A stretch of 64,000 bases of DNA from Mustelus asterias. Its lineage: Eukaryota. The notes beneath the pieces were generated by a model, which was given only the letters and a program-made list of their open reading frames with translations, made no database searches and was not told the origin of the DNA. Of this stretch, positions 25,214-37,325 are shown in pieces; the stretch's first letter is position 1; the number at the start of each line of letters is the position of its first letter. The DNA is taken from NCBI RefSeq assembly GCF_964213995.1, contig NC_135827.1, positions 3,224,001 to 3,288,000 of the forward strand, given 5' to 3'. A program made the translations under genes and the position numbers.

Positions 25214-26469
25214 TCACGTTTACAAGTTTCATGCCTCTAAAAAAATATTCTTTCCTATTCTTACAACCAAAGTGAACAACCTCACTTTTCCTTGCATCAG
25301 ACTCCATCTACTACCTTGTAGCCCAGCCATTTAACCTGTCTATATCTCTTTGCAGCTCCTTTGTGTCCTCCTCACCTAGCTTTGTATCATCACCAAACCT
25401 GGATACATTCTGTGGAGTGGCACTCGCAGCCACATTGCCTCTCTGCTCCACGCTACTCACTCTGAAATGTGGTCACACCTTTCTCGCACAAACTTCTGAC
25501 TCAGTCCAGGTGAAAATGGTGCAGTGAAACAGGTTGCTGAGGCCTTCTGTCGAGGGCAGCTGAGTTGGAGGTAAGACTGACATGTGCCCATTTTTATGGC
25601 ACTAGCTGCCACAAAGCAGGTAAATTTAAAGAGGGAGGCAATATGAGAAACCAAGGAGAATGCAAGTGTGTAAGAATGGGGAGGGGGCTTAGGGTGAGTC
25701 CAGCAGGGTGGGGAGGGGGGGCAATATGGAGGTCAGGGGGTAATCAGTGGGGAGTGATCGGTTGGGACATGGTCAGTAGGGGGGGGGATCAGTTGATCAA
25801 GAGCTGGTAAGTGGGGAGGCTATCAGGTTGTCAGTTGTGGGGGCTGTTCAATGGGGGGGGTATCAGTGGTGCAGTTACTGAGGGGATGTTCAGTGGGGAT
25901 CATCAGGGATTGGGTGGGGAGTGAGGAACTTGAGTTTCCTAGGGAGGGTTAGGATAGTCGAGGATTCCAGTTGGATATTGGAGGGCATGGAGGGATAGTG
26001 GGGGGGCGGGGTGGGGGGGCGGGGTGGGTCACATGAAGGGTCAGGGTGCAGGAGTATTCCTGTGGGGAGTTGAAGGAGTCAGCATTATTGTATTATTGTC
26101 ATCGGGGAGTTTTAAGTGGTTTTAATTCTTTTAACTTTTCTGGGTAATTATTGCTGTAAGATAGTTGTAACCATTGGAAGTCTTAAATTGTACTTTTGGA
26201 TCTTTCCCAGCATAGGACAATTGTCTAACGGACGTTTGAACTTCCTGGACTAATTCAATTCAATCCTTACCGTGGGACTTCCCGGGGATGGGTCTCCCAG
26301 CATATCTTTGGTGGGGCCCCAGCGTGCGATGCTCCAGAGATCAACAGTTATGGGTCATTATTCCCAGTCTCTTCATCTAAGTCATTCATTTATATTGGAA
26401 GTAGTTGAGGATCCAGCATTGATCATTGTGACGCAGCACGGGACACAACTTGTGAACTTGAAAATTTCT

Positions 26470-27140
26470 GATTGATCCCTGCTCTCTGCTTATCCTGCCC
26501 ATCAACCAATCCTCTATCTATTCTAGGATATCACCTCCAACTCCATGAGCCCATAACTTGTAGATTTACCTCATCAAATTGACTTTAGCAATCTAAGTAT
26601 ACTACTTCTACTGGCTCCCCTTTATCTATCCCCTGCTGTAATGATTTTCTAAGTGTATTGTTAACACTAGTTTGGTCGTTGATTCCAGCATTTTCCTGAT
26701 GGTTGATGTCAGGCTAACTGGCCTGCAGTTCCCTGTTCTCTCTCTCTCTCTCCCTTCTTTCTTGAATAGTATGGTACATTTGCTAACCTTCAACCTGGGC
26801 CCATTGCAGAAGCTGCCAGCGATGCTCACGTCCCATGAAATAATTTTTAAAAACTTGTTGGTGGCCTTTTGCTGTATATATGTACATATATATATATGTA
26901 TATTTATCATTATAAGCCTCTTCTTTTAATCTAATGCTATCCTTAACTTTCTTAGTAAGCAAAGGGTGAATCTTTCTTTGAGTTTTTGTTTCACAAGTAG
27001 GCCTTTCCACTGAATTGTTTCTTTAAATAGTTTCCATTGCTTATGTCCCACCATGCATTTTACTTGATTTTGCCAATCCACAGCCAGCTTTCCCCTCTGC
27101 CTATGTAATTGGCTTTGTTTAACTTCAAGATTCTTGCAAT
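26470..27140 (-). mobile_element. Old CR1 LINE fragment
   Basis: ILFKKEGR...GNCRPVSLTSTIRKMLES and PLLTKKVKDSIRLKEEAY. The endonuclease piece LIAKDSLGNSNHNAIKF continues at ~27566-27690. Confidence 0.75.
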
Positions 27141-27255
27141 TGTAATATGTCTAACGGCATTGTAGGGCAGCCCACAGCACGTGGACTGCAGCGATCCAAG
27201 AAGGTGGCTCACCACCACCTTCCCAAGGGCAACCAGGGATGGGCAATAAATGTTG

Positions 27256-27519
27256 TGATGTGGAGATGCCGGCGTTGGACTGGGGTAAACACAGTAAGAA
27301 GTTTAACAACACCAGGTTAAAGTCCAACAGGTTTATTTGGTAGCAAAAGCCACACAAGCTTTCGAGGCTCTGAGCCCCTTCTTCAGGTGAGTGGGAATTC
27401 TGTTCACAAACAGAATTCCCACTCACCTGAAGAAGGGGCTCAGAGCCTCGAAAGCTTGTGTGGCTTTTGCTACCAAATAAACCTGTTGGACTTTAACCTG
27501 GTGTTGTTAAACTTCTTAC
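27256..27519. mobile_element. Palindromic mini-Penelope insertion
   Basis: Perfect 111-bp inverted arms (27294-27404 and 27409-27519) derived from the PLE terminus. TSD AATAAATGTTG at 27245-27255 and 27520-27530, inside a LINE tail. Confidence 0.9.
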
Positions 27520-28802
27520 AATAAATGTTGACCAACCAGCAAGGCCCATGTCCCACAATGATTTTTTAAAAAATGTCACTTTTAAACTTGATATGGAATT
27601 TAATTGCATTATGGTTGCTATTTCCCAGGGAATCTTTTGCTATAAGATGACTAATTAACCCTGCCTCATTAAACAATAGCAGGACAATATGAGGCATTGA
27701 GTCACCACCAGGGATCGAAACCAATGCCGGCACTGTAGCCTTACATGGGGTTTTCAATGCTTTGTGACCCTGAAAGTGTGGTTCATGCAGCGTTTCAAAT
27801 GTAGCTTGGAAATGAATGTTAAAGAAAGCAGTTATTGTTTCTTGTAAGTCTGTGGGAAGCCAGGTGAAGCAGACTGAAAATGTTTGCACCGATTGCTCTA
27901 CACAATTTGTATCACAAAAACCACAAGTGTTGCAGATGATACCGCACCCTGCCCTGCGAGCAGCAAGACTCAATCTAATCCGTTGAATGTCTGATTCCTG
28001 CAAAATAGATAAGACAGGTCCCTCTGCACCAAATCAGACAACACAACCTGACCTTTTTCTTAAAGCAGCAACCGCTGCACTTATTGAGATCTTTCTGATT
28101 TTGATGGAAGTGATGAAGAAAGCCAATTATCATGAATGTAGTTATCAATGTTGCTCTACACACGGTCCGAGGGAAATTTCGCTGTCTGAACTTGCTGCTT
28201 TTCCAGTAGATGTCAGGTCAGACACACAGTGCATCTGCACAGGTTAATTCCCCACTGGATAAGGATTAATAATCCATTTGAAACTGGCTCCAGCTCACCT
28301 TCCGTCACTTACATTTGCTGTCTCTATCACAAGAATTTGACACACATCAGATCATTCAGCATCCATAAACACCCATAACTCTTGAAGCCAGTCAGTGTAT
28401 GTATTCATCAGGTAACTAACAGAAACACAATTAGCCACGAAAGTCCTTTTTATTATCCTTTAGAAGTGAAGTCAGCTTTTCTTTTTGCAAAGGGCCTCAG
28501 TTATAATTCACTGGTGGGATTGTGTACCAGGTATGAAGGCACAGACTGACAGAATGAGTCAACATAATTACACATCCTTATGTGCTGTTACCATTTCACA
28601 TCAATGCTTCACATATAATGAATTGCTTTGAAGTACAGTCAGTGTTTTTTTCTGGGGGAAAATGTGAGCTATTTTGAACATAGCAATGGTCCACAATCAG
28701 CCAGCCAAATTGTTTCTGGATATAGTTGAATGAGGGAACAATGATGCTCAGACCTTCAGGGGAACTCCATTCTCTTCAAATATCGATATGGGATACCTTG
28801 GT

Positions 28803-29650
28803 TTGTTTTATTCTTTCATGGGATGTGGATGTCACTGGAATGGTTACTATTTATTGCCCATCCATAATTACCCTTGAACTAAGTGGCTTGCTTGGCCATT
28901 TCAGAGGGTAGTTAAGATTTAACTAAGTTGCTGTGTGTCTGGAGTTACATGAGGAACTCCAACAACACTCAAGAAGCTTGACACCATCCAGGACAAACCA
29001 GCCCGCTTGATTGACACCACATCTACAAACATCCACTCCCTCCACCACCGACGCTCAGTAGCAGCAGTGTGTACTATCTACAAGATGCACTGCAGCAATT
29101 CACCAAAGATCCTTAGACAGCACCTTCCAAACCCATGATGACTTCCATCTAGAAGGACAAGGGCAGCAAATACATGGGAACACCATAGCCTTCAAGCTTC
29201 CCTCCAAGCCACTCACCAGCCTGACTTGGAAATATATCACTGTTCCTTCACAGTCACTGGGTCTAAATCCTGGAATTCCGTCTTTAACGGCATTGTGGAT
29301 CAACCCACAGAACATGGACTGCAGCGATTCGAGAAGGCAGCTCACCACCACCTTCTCAAGGGCAACTAGAGATGGGCAATAAATGCTGGCCAGCCAGCGA
29401 CACCCATGTCCCACAAATGAATTAAAAAACATGTAGGCCAGACCAGGTAAGGAAGGCAGATTTTCTTCCCTAAAAGACATGAGTGAACCAGATAGATTTT
29501 TATAACAATTGATGATAGTGACCCGATTTACTCATTGATTTCAAGTTCCGTCAGTTGCTGTGATCAGATTTGAACCTATGTCCTCAGAGCATCAGCCTGG
29601 GTCTCTGCATTACCAGTCCAGTGACATTACTACTCTGCCCTCATCTCCCA
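28803..29650 (-). mobile_element. tRNA-derived SINE family 2 interrupted by its partner LINE
   Basis: SINE halves at 28803-28951 and 29429-29650, with ACATG duplicated at 28947-28951 and 29429-29433. Confidence 0.8.
28952..29428 (+). mobile_element. LINE 3' fragment (CR1/L2 supergroup), partner of SINE family 2
   Basis: Encodes LKKLDTIQDKPARLI...SLHHRRSVAAVCTIYKMH. Its 3' end AAGGGCAACTAGAGATGGGCAATAAATGCTGGCCAGCCAGCGACACCC is shared with SINE family 2. Confidence 0.8.
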
Positions 29651-30005
29651 CTTGTGAAGCACAGATTGGGCCTTGGTTTAACATCTCCCTTGAAGGATGG
29701 AATGTATTAATAAAGCCATGCCAATCTGTAATATGTGCTCAAGAATTGATGGGAATATGAGTGCAGCAACTGAGTTGAGTTTACAGTTGGCTCATAGTGA
29801 CCTCTGATGTGCGGCATTTTTACTCATGATGACAGTGAGCACTGATACCTTTGTACTGATTGAGATGTCTCTTTGAACACCCCCTGAGTTAAATGGACGA
29901 TATAGTCAGGGTGTGAGAAAGCTGTTAGCAATCATCTAGAAACATCAGCCAGATATGAAAGAGCTTCTTCTCGATCACCCCCATCATGTTTCTATGAATT
30001 TTTCA

Positions 30006-30320
30006 GGCAAGGTGGCACCGTGGTTTGCACTGCTGCCTTGCAATACCAGGGACCCAGGTTCGATTCCAGCCTTGGAATCGAACAAGTTTGCATGTTCGCC
30101 CCGTGTCTGTGTGGGTTTCCTCCGGGTGCTCTGGTTTCCTCCCACAGTCCAAAGATGTGCTGGTTAGGTTGATTGGCCGTGCTAAATTGACCCTAGTGTC
30201 AGGGGATTAGCAGAGTAAATATGTGGGGTTATGGGAATAGGGCCTGTGTGGGATTGTGGTTGGTGCAGACTCGATGGGCCAAATGGCCTCCTTCTGCACT
30301 GTAGGGATTCTATGATTCTA
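30006..30320 (+). mobile_element. HE1-type V-SINE
   Basis: B box GGTTCGATTCC, V-domain and tail. Confidence 0.85.
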
Positions 30321-30899
30321 AGGCTATCTTTCAGTTTCTCAACCCATATTTCCCGGGCAGTGGGGTGAGGAGGGAAGGCGCTAACTTGCTGTGGTGGGCC
30401 GCATAATGGGACCTGTAGGTGGAGGGTCACAAAGCAGTCACATTGCATCTCACTCGCGATACGCATGGTGATTATTTTGGATTCCATCTTGTTTGTGAGG
30501 TCGGGGTGTCACCAGCAAATGTGAGCAGGCGTCTGCTCCCCACCATAACCTATCCAGCACTCTGGTCAGGCTCTGAAATGCTTTCGTTCAGACAGGCAGT
30601 TGTGTAATTTGCCCAATTTCCCTCTTATTTCACGCTACAAACTCACAGAGAACCCATTTGCAATGAATCTTCAGAGGAAATGTGACATCGTGGTACATTT
30701 CCATTTGCTCGAACTACTGCTTTTCCTTTTTAAAAAAAATGCTACCATAGTGAAACTCTTCAGATCTTGCAGGTCACATGGTCACTGAGGCCGATTCTCC
30801 CCATCGCGGAATAATAATGGTGTGACTGCAACAATAATTTGCATTTAACAAAGGTTTTTGTCACAAAGTATTCCGCAGAGTTACAATGCAATAAAATAA

Positions 30900-31265
30900 A
30901 TATGGGATCTGTTAAAAGAGAGTACCAAAATGTTGATCAAATCGATAAAATTCAAGAATAGTCTTCAAGAAGGAGCAAGATGTGAAGAGATGGAAAGGTT
31001 TAGGCAGGGAATTCCAGAGCTTAAGGCTTAGACAGCTTATATCATGGCTGCCACTTGTGGGGCAAAGCCAGAGGGGAGTGCACAGCAGACCAGAATTAGG
31101 GAGGTGAACACTTCTGAGTGAGTTTTAGGGCTAGAGGACGTTTCACAGATGGGGAGGGGTGAAACCAAGGAGTGATGTGAACAAGAGGATGAGAATTTGG
31201 GATTTGAGGCATCGGTGGACTGGAAGCCAAAAGTAGGCCAGTGAACATGAATGGTGGGTGAATGA
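30900..31265 (-). mobile_element. Old L2-like LINE fragment
   Basis: Resembles an L2 3' coding region (plus strand AGGTTTAGGCAGGGAATTCCAGAGCTTAAGG). Highly degenerate, named from recall. Confidence 0.45.
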
Positions 31266-31437
31266 GACTTTCTGGCTTGGATGAAACAGTGTGGTAAACA
31301 TTCAGATTACGTAAGAGTTGGTGTGCATCTGCATAAGCTGTGGTGTCTCAATCCACAGTCGAATAATGTCTCAATCCACGGCCGTGTGACATAAATACAC
31401 TTCGCATGATTGACCCCTGAGTTGACATTTATAATTT

Positions 31438-31755
31438 CATAGAATCATAGAAACCCTACAGTACAGAAAGAGGCCATTCAGCCCATCGAGTCTGCACCGA
31501 CCACAATCCCACCCAGGCCCTACCCCCATATCCCTACATATTTACCCACTAATCCCTCTAACCTACGCATCTCAGGACACTAAGGGCAATTTTTAGCATG
31601 GCCAATCAACCTAACCCGCACATCTTTGGACTGTGGGAGGAAACCAGAGCACCCGGAGGAAACCCACGCAGACACGAGGAGAATGTGCAAACTCCACACA
31701 GACAGTGACCCAAGCCGGGAATCGAACCCAGGTCCCTGTGCTACCGTGCCGCCCC
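31438..31755 (-). mobile_element. HE1-type V-SINE (young, with a head deletion)
   Basis: Near-identical to 1436-1782 but lacking ~26 bp between GGTCCC and TGTGCTACC. Confidence 0.9.
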
Positions 31756-32979
31756 TAAGATAATGAAAGGAACAATTTAATGAGGAGGAAGTTTTCTATA
31801 GTGTAAATTTGCCCAGTATTAGGGTGGCTCCCTTGTTAATATGTGGAACCGATCGTGAGCTAGCCACAAAATTATTCACCTGCTCAAATGCATGTCCAGG
31901 ATTTTTTTTTGCCAAGATTCCTTCTTCATTTTTTGAATTGTTCCTTTAGTTCAATTTGTGTGTTTCTATTTCAATAATTGATTGGTTGAGCCATCTATTT
32001 GCATTAATGATAATGTGCGGATTTTTTTTGGAGTAAAATGCTTTATATGATTGTGAAATAATGAGGATTCTTTCAATGCAAACAGTCAAGTAATTTTGGT
32101 TCATGTGCTGACAAAGTCTCTGATTAACTTCTACATCATAGCTTCTACCTTGATACATTTCTCCCTCTCTGTTCTTTTTTCTTTACTTGGATGTTGTGGT
32201 GGTTGCACCTTCTTTATCAAACAACTTAGAAGATTCTTTTTACACCTGGTTTCCGACTCCTTCACCTGCTTTGCTTTCAAATGCTGGATAGTTTGTTGCT
32301 GATGTGCAGGAACTGATTTGGGAGAAGGTTTCTCTGGAACCACAGTATTCGGTATGATGCACTCCTGGCAAATGTTAATTTTTTCACAGTTAACTCTTGA
32401 TTCTTGTGTGGCCACCAAGTAATGTTGAGGATTATTGTTTTCAACCATTGACAGCAAGCACCTTGATACAGGATTCTTCAGATGTGACCATTTCTAACTT
32501 GAAGTCATTCAGCAATCCATTTTGCACCATACAACTCTTCCCCAAGTGGCCACAGCTCTTTCGGGACGCAGGAAGTTATACACAGCTCCTCTCATCAGAT
32601 ACTTGGACACCTGCTCCTTGATCTGGATTTTATTCTTGAGAGCGGCCTGTCGAGGGGGATTTGGAAAGGTTCACAGAACCCAGTTATATTAGTAAAAGGC
32701 AAGAAGTTTCTTTTTGGTTTTCTGTCACTTGATTTTCATTTCTGGAGCAAACAAAGAAGGAAAGGTGAAGATTGTGGAACCCTTGTCAAGGACTGACAAT
32801 CCTGGCAGTATTTGGCATTCCACTTTATTGCATAATTGGGTTAATTGTTTAGGGAACCTCCCAACGTACCACTGTTATTTCACTTCGACACCCAGTGAAC
32901 TGAATGAATACACATGCATAGTGCAATTATTTGCATAAGGTCCCCCTTCTCAGCCCATAGGTCCAGTTTGTCCCATTAG

Positions 32980-33365
32980 TCATAGAGTCAGAGAATCTCG
33001 ACAGTGCAGAAAGAGGCTATTTGGCCTATCGAGTCTGCACCGACCACAATCCCACCCAGACCCTATCCCCATATCCCTATATATTTACCCACTAATCCCT
33101 CTAGCCTACACATCTTGGGATACTAAGGGGCAATTTAGCACGGCCAATCAACCTAACCCGTACATCTTTGGACTGTGGGAGGAAACCGGAGCACCCAGAG
33201 AAAACCCACGCAGACACGGGGAGAATGTGCAAACTCCACACAGACAGTGACCCAAGCCGGGAATCGAACCCAGGTCCCTGGAGCTGTGAAGCAGCAGTGC
33301 TAACCACTGTGCTACCGTGCCGCCCGAACCACTGTGCTACCATGCTGCCCGTCATGCCGCCCGTC
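32980..33365 (-). mobile_element. HE1-type V-SINE with tandemly duplicated 5' end
   Basis: Full SINE followed by a repeated AACCACTGTGCTACC(G/A)TGC(C/T)GCCCG. Confidence 0.88.
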
Positions 33366-33824
33366 ATTAGTCATCCAATGTTGTGTCATATTATAGTCCC
33401 TGGTCTAACCAGAATTAAATGATCGAACACTCAAATTACACTTTTTCCTGTTACTAATAGACACACCACGGCGGTAAATCAACAAGGTCTCCACATAATT
33501 TCTTTTTTTTAATTTCTCCGTTCCTTCTGCTGTGCTTGACATGCCTTCGACTAACCCAAACACAGCAATGGGAATGTTAGCCAAACTTTGCAATTTGAGA
33601 CTGGGCCCATCATTCATCCGCTTCATAAAGACTTCAGCCTAATACGACACACTTAGAAAGAACATAGATAAAGGCTATCATATCACCAAAAGATGTATGG
33701 ACAAAGTAAAGCAGTGACAATCTCCATTTGATTAGTCACCAGTTCTAGTGATCTACAGAAGACAGAAACTCTCCAGCTGCGTCACTTCTCACCAGCAGTC
33801 TAGACACACCGATCCTTCAACCTC

Positions 33825-34345
33825 CTTATTGAAGCAGAGATGTACTTGCATTGGAAGTAGTTCAGGGACGGTTCACTAAATTGATTCCTGGGATGAAGTG
33901 GTTGTCTTATATTAAACTTTGAGCAGGTTGAGTGTATATGCATTGGACTTTAGAAGAATGAGAGGTGATCTTATTGAAACGTATAAGATTCTGAGGGGGC
34001 CTGACAAGGCAGATGCTGAGTGGATGTTTCCTCTCATAGGGGGATCTAGAACAAGGGGGGACAATTTAAAATGAAGTGGTCTCCTATTTAAGATAGCGAT
34101 GAGGAGGATGTTTTTCTCTCAGTGGGTTTCTAATCTGTAGAATTCTCTTCCGCAGAGGCCACTGGAGGCTGGGCCATTAAGCATCATTGAGGATGACCTG
34201 AACAGATTTTAGGTCCACAAGGGGACCGAAGGTTATGTGGGGCAGACAAGAAAGTGGGGTTAAGGTCACAGTTGGTTCAGCCATGATCTTATTGAATGGT
34301 GGAGAAGGATCGAAGGACCAAATGACCTCCTGCTCCTATTTTCTA
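33825..34345 (+). mobile_element. Old CR1 3' fragment
   Basis: ALEVVQGRFTKLIPGM...RRMRGDLIETYKILRG and a CR1 3' UTR. Confidence 0.8.
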
Positions 34346-34654
34346 TTATTTTTGCATATCCGGTGTGCTTCACTCTTCATCTCTATCTTCCAATTCTGTG
34401 TGTGATTCTCCCACCATCTCTACTCCTTCACTATAACCCAAAGTCCATCTTCAACCCCTTTCTTTTAATACATTCGCCCTCCATCTCTATCTTTTGCTCC
34501 TTTATTATGGGTGCTTACCTTTCCATTCCCTCCCCTTCAGTTTTTTTTATCTTTATTTCATCTAGCTTTCTGTGATTGTCCCAATTTTTGTCTCTTTTGC
34601 TTTTTTTTCACATCTGTTTTAAAGTTAGATCTCTAGCAGTTCAATCTGTAAAAT

Positions 34655-34926
34655 TAAGTTAAAGTTTATTTATCAGTCACAAGTAAGGCTTACATTAACA
34701 CTGCAATGAAGTTACTGTCAAATTCCCTTAGTCGTCACACTCCGGCACCTGTTCGAATCAATGTACCTAACCCACACGTCTTTCGGACTGTGGGAGGAAA
34801 CTGGAGCACCCGGAGGAAACCCACATAGACACGGGGAGAACGTGCAAACTCCACACAGACAGTGACCCAAGCCAGGAATTGAACCCGGGTCCATGGAGCT
34901 GTGAGGCAGCAGTGCCAACCACTGTG
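34655..34926 (-). mobile_element. V-SINE with alternative 3' tail
   Basis: Same tail as 5800-6100. Confidence 0.8.
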
Positions 34927-35499
34927 CGAACCATTCTGCAATATTACACTTTTTTTCATATATTTAAAGGGAAGAGATTTAAATTCCACGATAGCTCGAT
35001 CACATCTTTTGATTACTTCCTTTGACAGATTTCTTGAAAGATTTCTTGACAGATTTCTTCACAGTTCTTTTACAGTTCTTTGGACAGTTCCAACAAGCTT
35101 GACAGTTCCAATGAGTTTGTGCACTTTATACCCACATTCATGTCTGCTTTTCATAATCCTAAAAGCCACCTTATCTCTCCCATAGGACATCTGACTTCTG
35201 CTAAAGCTGCCCTGGACCATATTCAAAAGGGAACCATACCTTTCCAAAAAGATACCCTTAGCTCTCCAAAGCACTCCAGTACATGTGGACCACTTACCAG
35301 GTTTAATGTGCCCAAGTCATGTTATGATATCCGCACTTTAACATCTGCAGTTGCCTCCATGAAGAACAGATGTGCTATTTAGAACCTGTTCCCATTCTCC
35401 CACAAAAATTGGTAGGAGCCGGATTCAGAGGTGAGCCTTCTGGATTTGTGCATCCGCAGCCATTTATATTAAGATGTAAAGTCCATCGACATGGAAATT

Positions 35500-36500
35500 C
35501 AGGCCAAAGAGACTGTAAAGGGAAACAGATAGGTTAATAATGGGCAACAAGTAGAAAAATGTCAGGTTGTCTACTTTGACAGGAAGAATAGGAAAGCAGC
35601 ATATTATTTCAATGGAGAGAGCCTGCAGAATCCTGCAGTGCAGAGGGATCTGGGTGTCTGGGTACATGAATGACAATAATTGGTGTAATAACTTGAGGCG
35701 ACTGGATGTGGCAAGCAATTAACTAAAGGATTTATTGATAAGAAGAATTATATACAACAAAGGGCTCAACAGCACAACTAATACAGGTCCTAACAACACC
35801 CTGACTCCAACTGCACCCCTCCAGCCCTGGGACTGCCCGTCCTCTCTCCCCATTGGCCCAGCCCAGTCATGTGGCCCGTGAAGGATCGCTCCTTGAAGGG
35901 GCCACGCTAGCACAGTTGATATGCAGATACAGCAAGTAATTAGGAAAGCAAATGGAATGTTGGCCTTTATTTCAAAGGGGATTGAATGTTAAAGTAGAGA
36001 AGTCTTGTTACATCTGTACAGGACATTGGTGGGACTGGAGTACTGTGCACAGTTTTGGTCCTTACTTAAGGAGGGACACATTTGCATTAGGGGCAGTTGA
36101 GGGAAGGTTCACTAGACTGATTCCTGGGAGGAAGGGTTTGTTTTTAAAGGGAAGATTGAGAAGGTTGAGTCGATACTGATTGGCGTTTAAATGAGTGAAA
36201 GAGGGTCTTATTGAAACATAAAATATCCCAAGAGGAATTGAGGGTGAATCCTGAGAGGATGTTTCCTCTCTGGGGGAATCTAGAATTATGTTCATGGTTT
36301 CAGAATAAGGGGCTCCCATTTAAGACAAAGGTGAGGAGGAATTTCTTCTGTCAGAGGGTCGTTCGTCTTTGGAATTCTCCTCTGTAGAGAGCGGTGGATT
36401 TGGGTCATTGAACATATTGAAGACTGAATTAGGCAGGATTATGGGGGACAGGCAGGAAAGTGAAGTTAAGGTCACCGTCAGATCAGTCATGATGTTATGA
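35500..36500 (+). mobile_element. Old CR1 fragment interrupted by a solo LTR
   Basis: VQRDLGVWVHE before the insert, then QIQQVIRKANGMLAFISKG and ALGAVEGRFTRLIPG after it. Confidence 0.8.
35684..35914 (-). mobile_element. Putative solo LTR (Gypsy-type)
   Basis: 231-bp insert bounded by TG...CA that splits the CR1 frame, with degenerate 5-bp flanks ATTGG/GTTGA. Its end CCTTGAAGGGGCCACGCTAGCACA resembles the LTR end at 52840-52862. Confidence 0.65.
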
Positions 36501-36506
36501 AACAGC

Positions 36507-36812
36507 AGGCAGCACGGTGGCACAGTGGTTAGCACTGCTGCCTCAAAGCGCCAGGGACCCGGGTTCGATTCCGGCCTCAGGTTTCTGTCTGTGCGGAGTT
36601 TGCACGTTCTCCCCGTGTCTGCATGGGTTTCCTCCGGGTGCTCTGGTTTCCTCCCACAGTCCCAGTGACGTGCTGGTTAGGTGCATTGGCCATGCTAAAT
36701 TCTCCCTCAGTGTACCCAAACGGGCACCAGAGTTTGTCAACTGGGGGATTTTCACAGTAGCTTCATTGCAGTATTAATGTAAGCCTAATTATGACAGTAA
36801 TAAATAAACTTC
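36507..36812 (+). mobile_element. V-SINE with alternative 3' tail, inserted in a CR1 3' UTR
   Basis: Head and V-domain, with the tail ...GCTTCATTGCAGTATTAATGTAAGCC...AATAAATAAACTT. Confidence 0.85.
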
Positions 36813-36980
36813 AAACAGAGCAAGCTCAATGGGCCAAAGGGCTTACTCCTGCTCCTATTTCTTATGATATTATTGATGTTCACTACCCAATATATAATAT
36901 GGTGAAATGTGGAAGCATAGCTCTAGGTAGTTGCTTTATCGCTGGAACTGACTCAGTATTACTGGCATGTATTGAGTGAT

Positions 36981-37325
36981 GGGCGTCACGGTAGCACAGT
37001 GGTTAGCACTGCTGCTTCACAGCTCCAGGGACCTGGGTTCGATTCCCGGCTTGGGTCACTGTCTGTGTGGAGTTTGCACATTCTCCTCGTGTCTGCGTGG
37101 GTTTCTTCCGGGTGCTCCGGTTTCCTCCCACAGTCCAAAGATGTGCAGGTTAGGTTGATTGGCCAGGTTAAAAATTGCCCCTTAGAGTCCTGAGATGCAT
37201 AGGTTAGAGGGATTAGCGGGTAAAAATATGTGGGGGTAGGGCCTGGGTGGGATTGTGGTTGGTGCAGACTCGATGGGCCGAATGGCCTCCTTCTGCACTG
37301 TAGGGTTTCTATGATTTCTATGATT
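36981..37325 (+). mobile_element. HE1-type V-SINE
   Basis: Full length, with a (TTTCTATGA)n tail. Confidence 0.9.
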
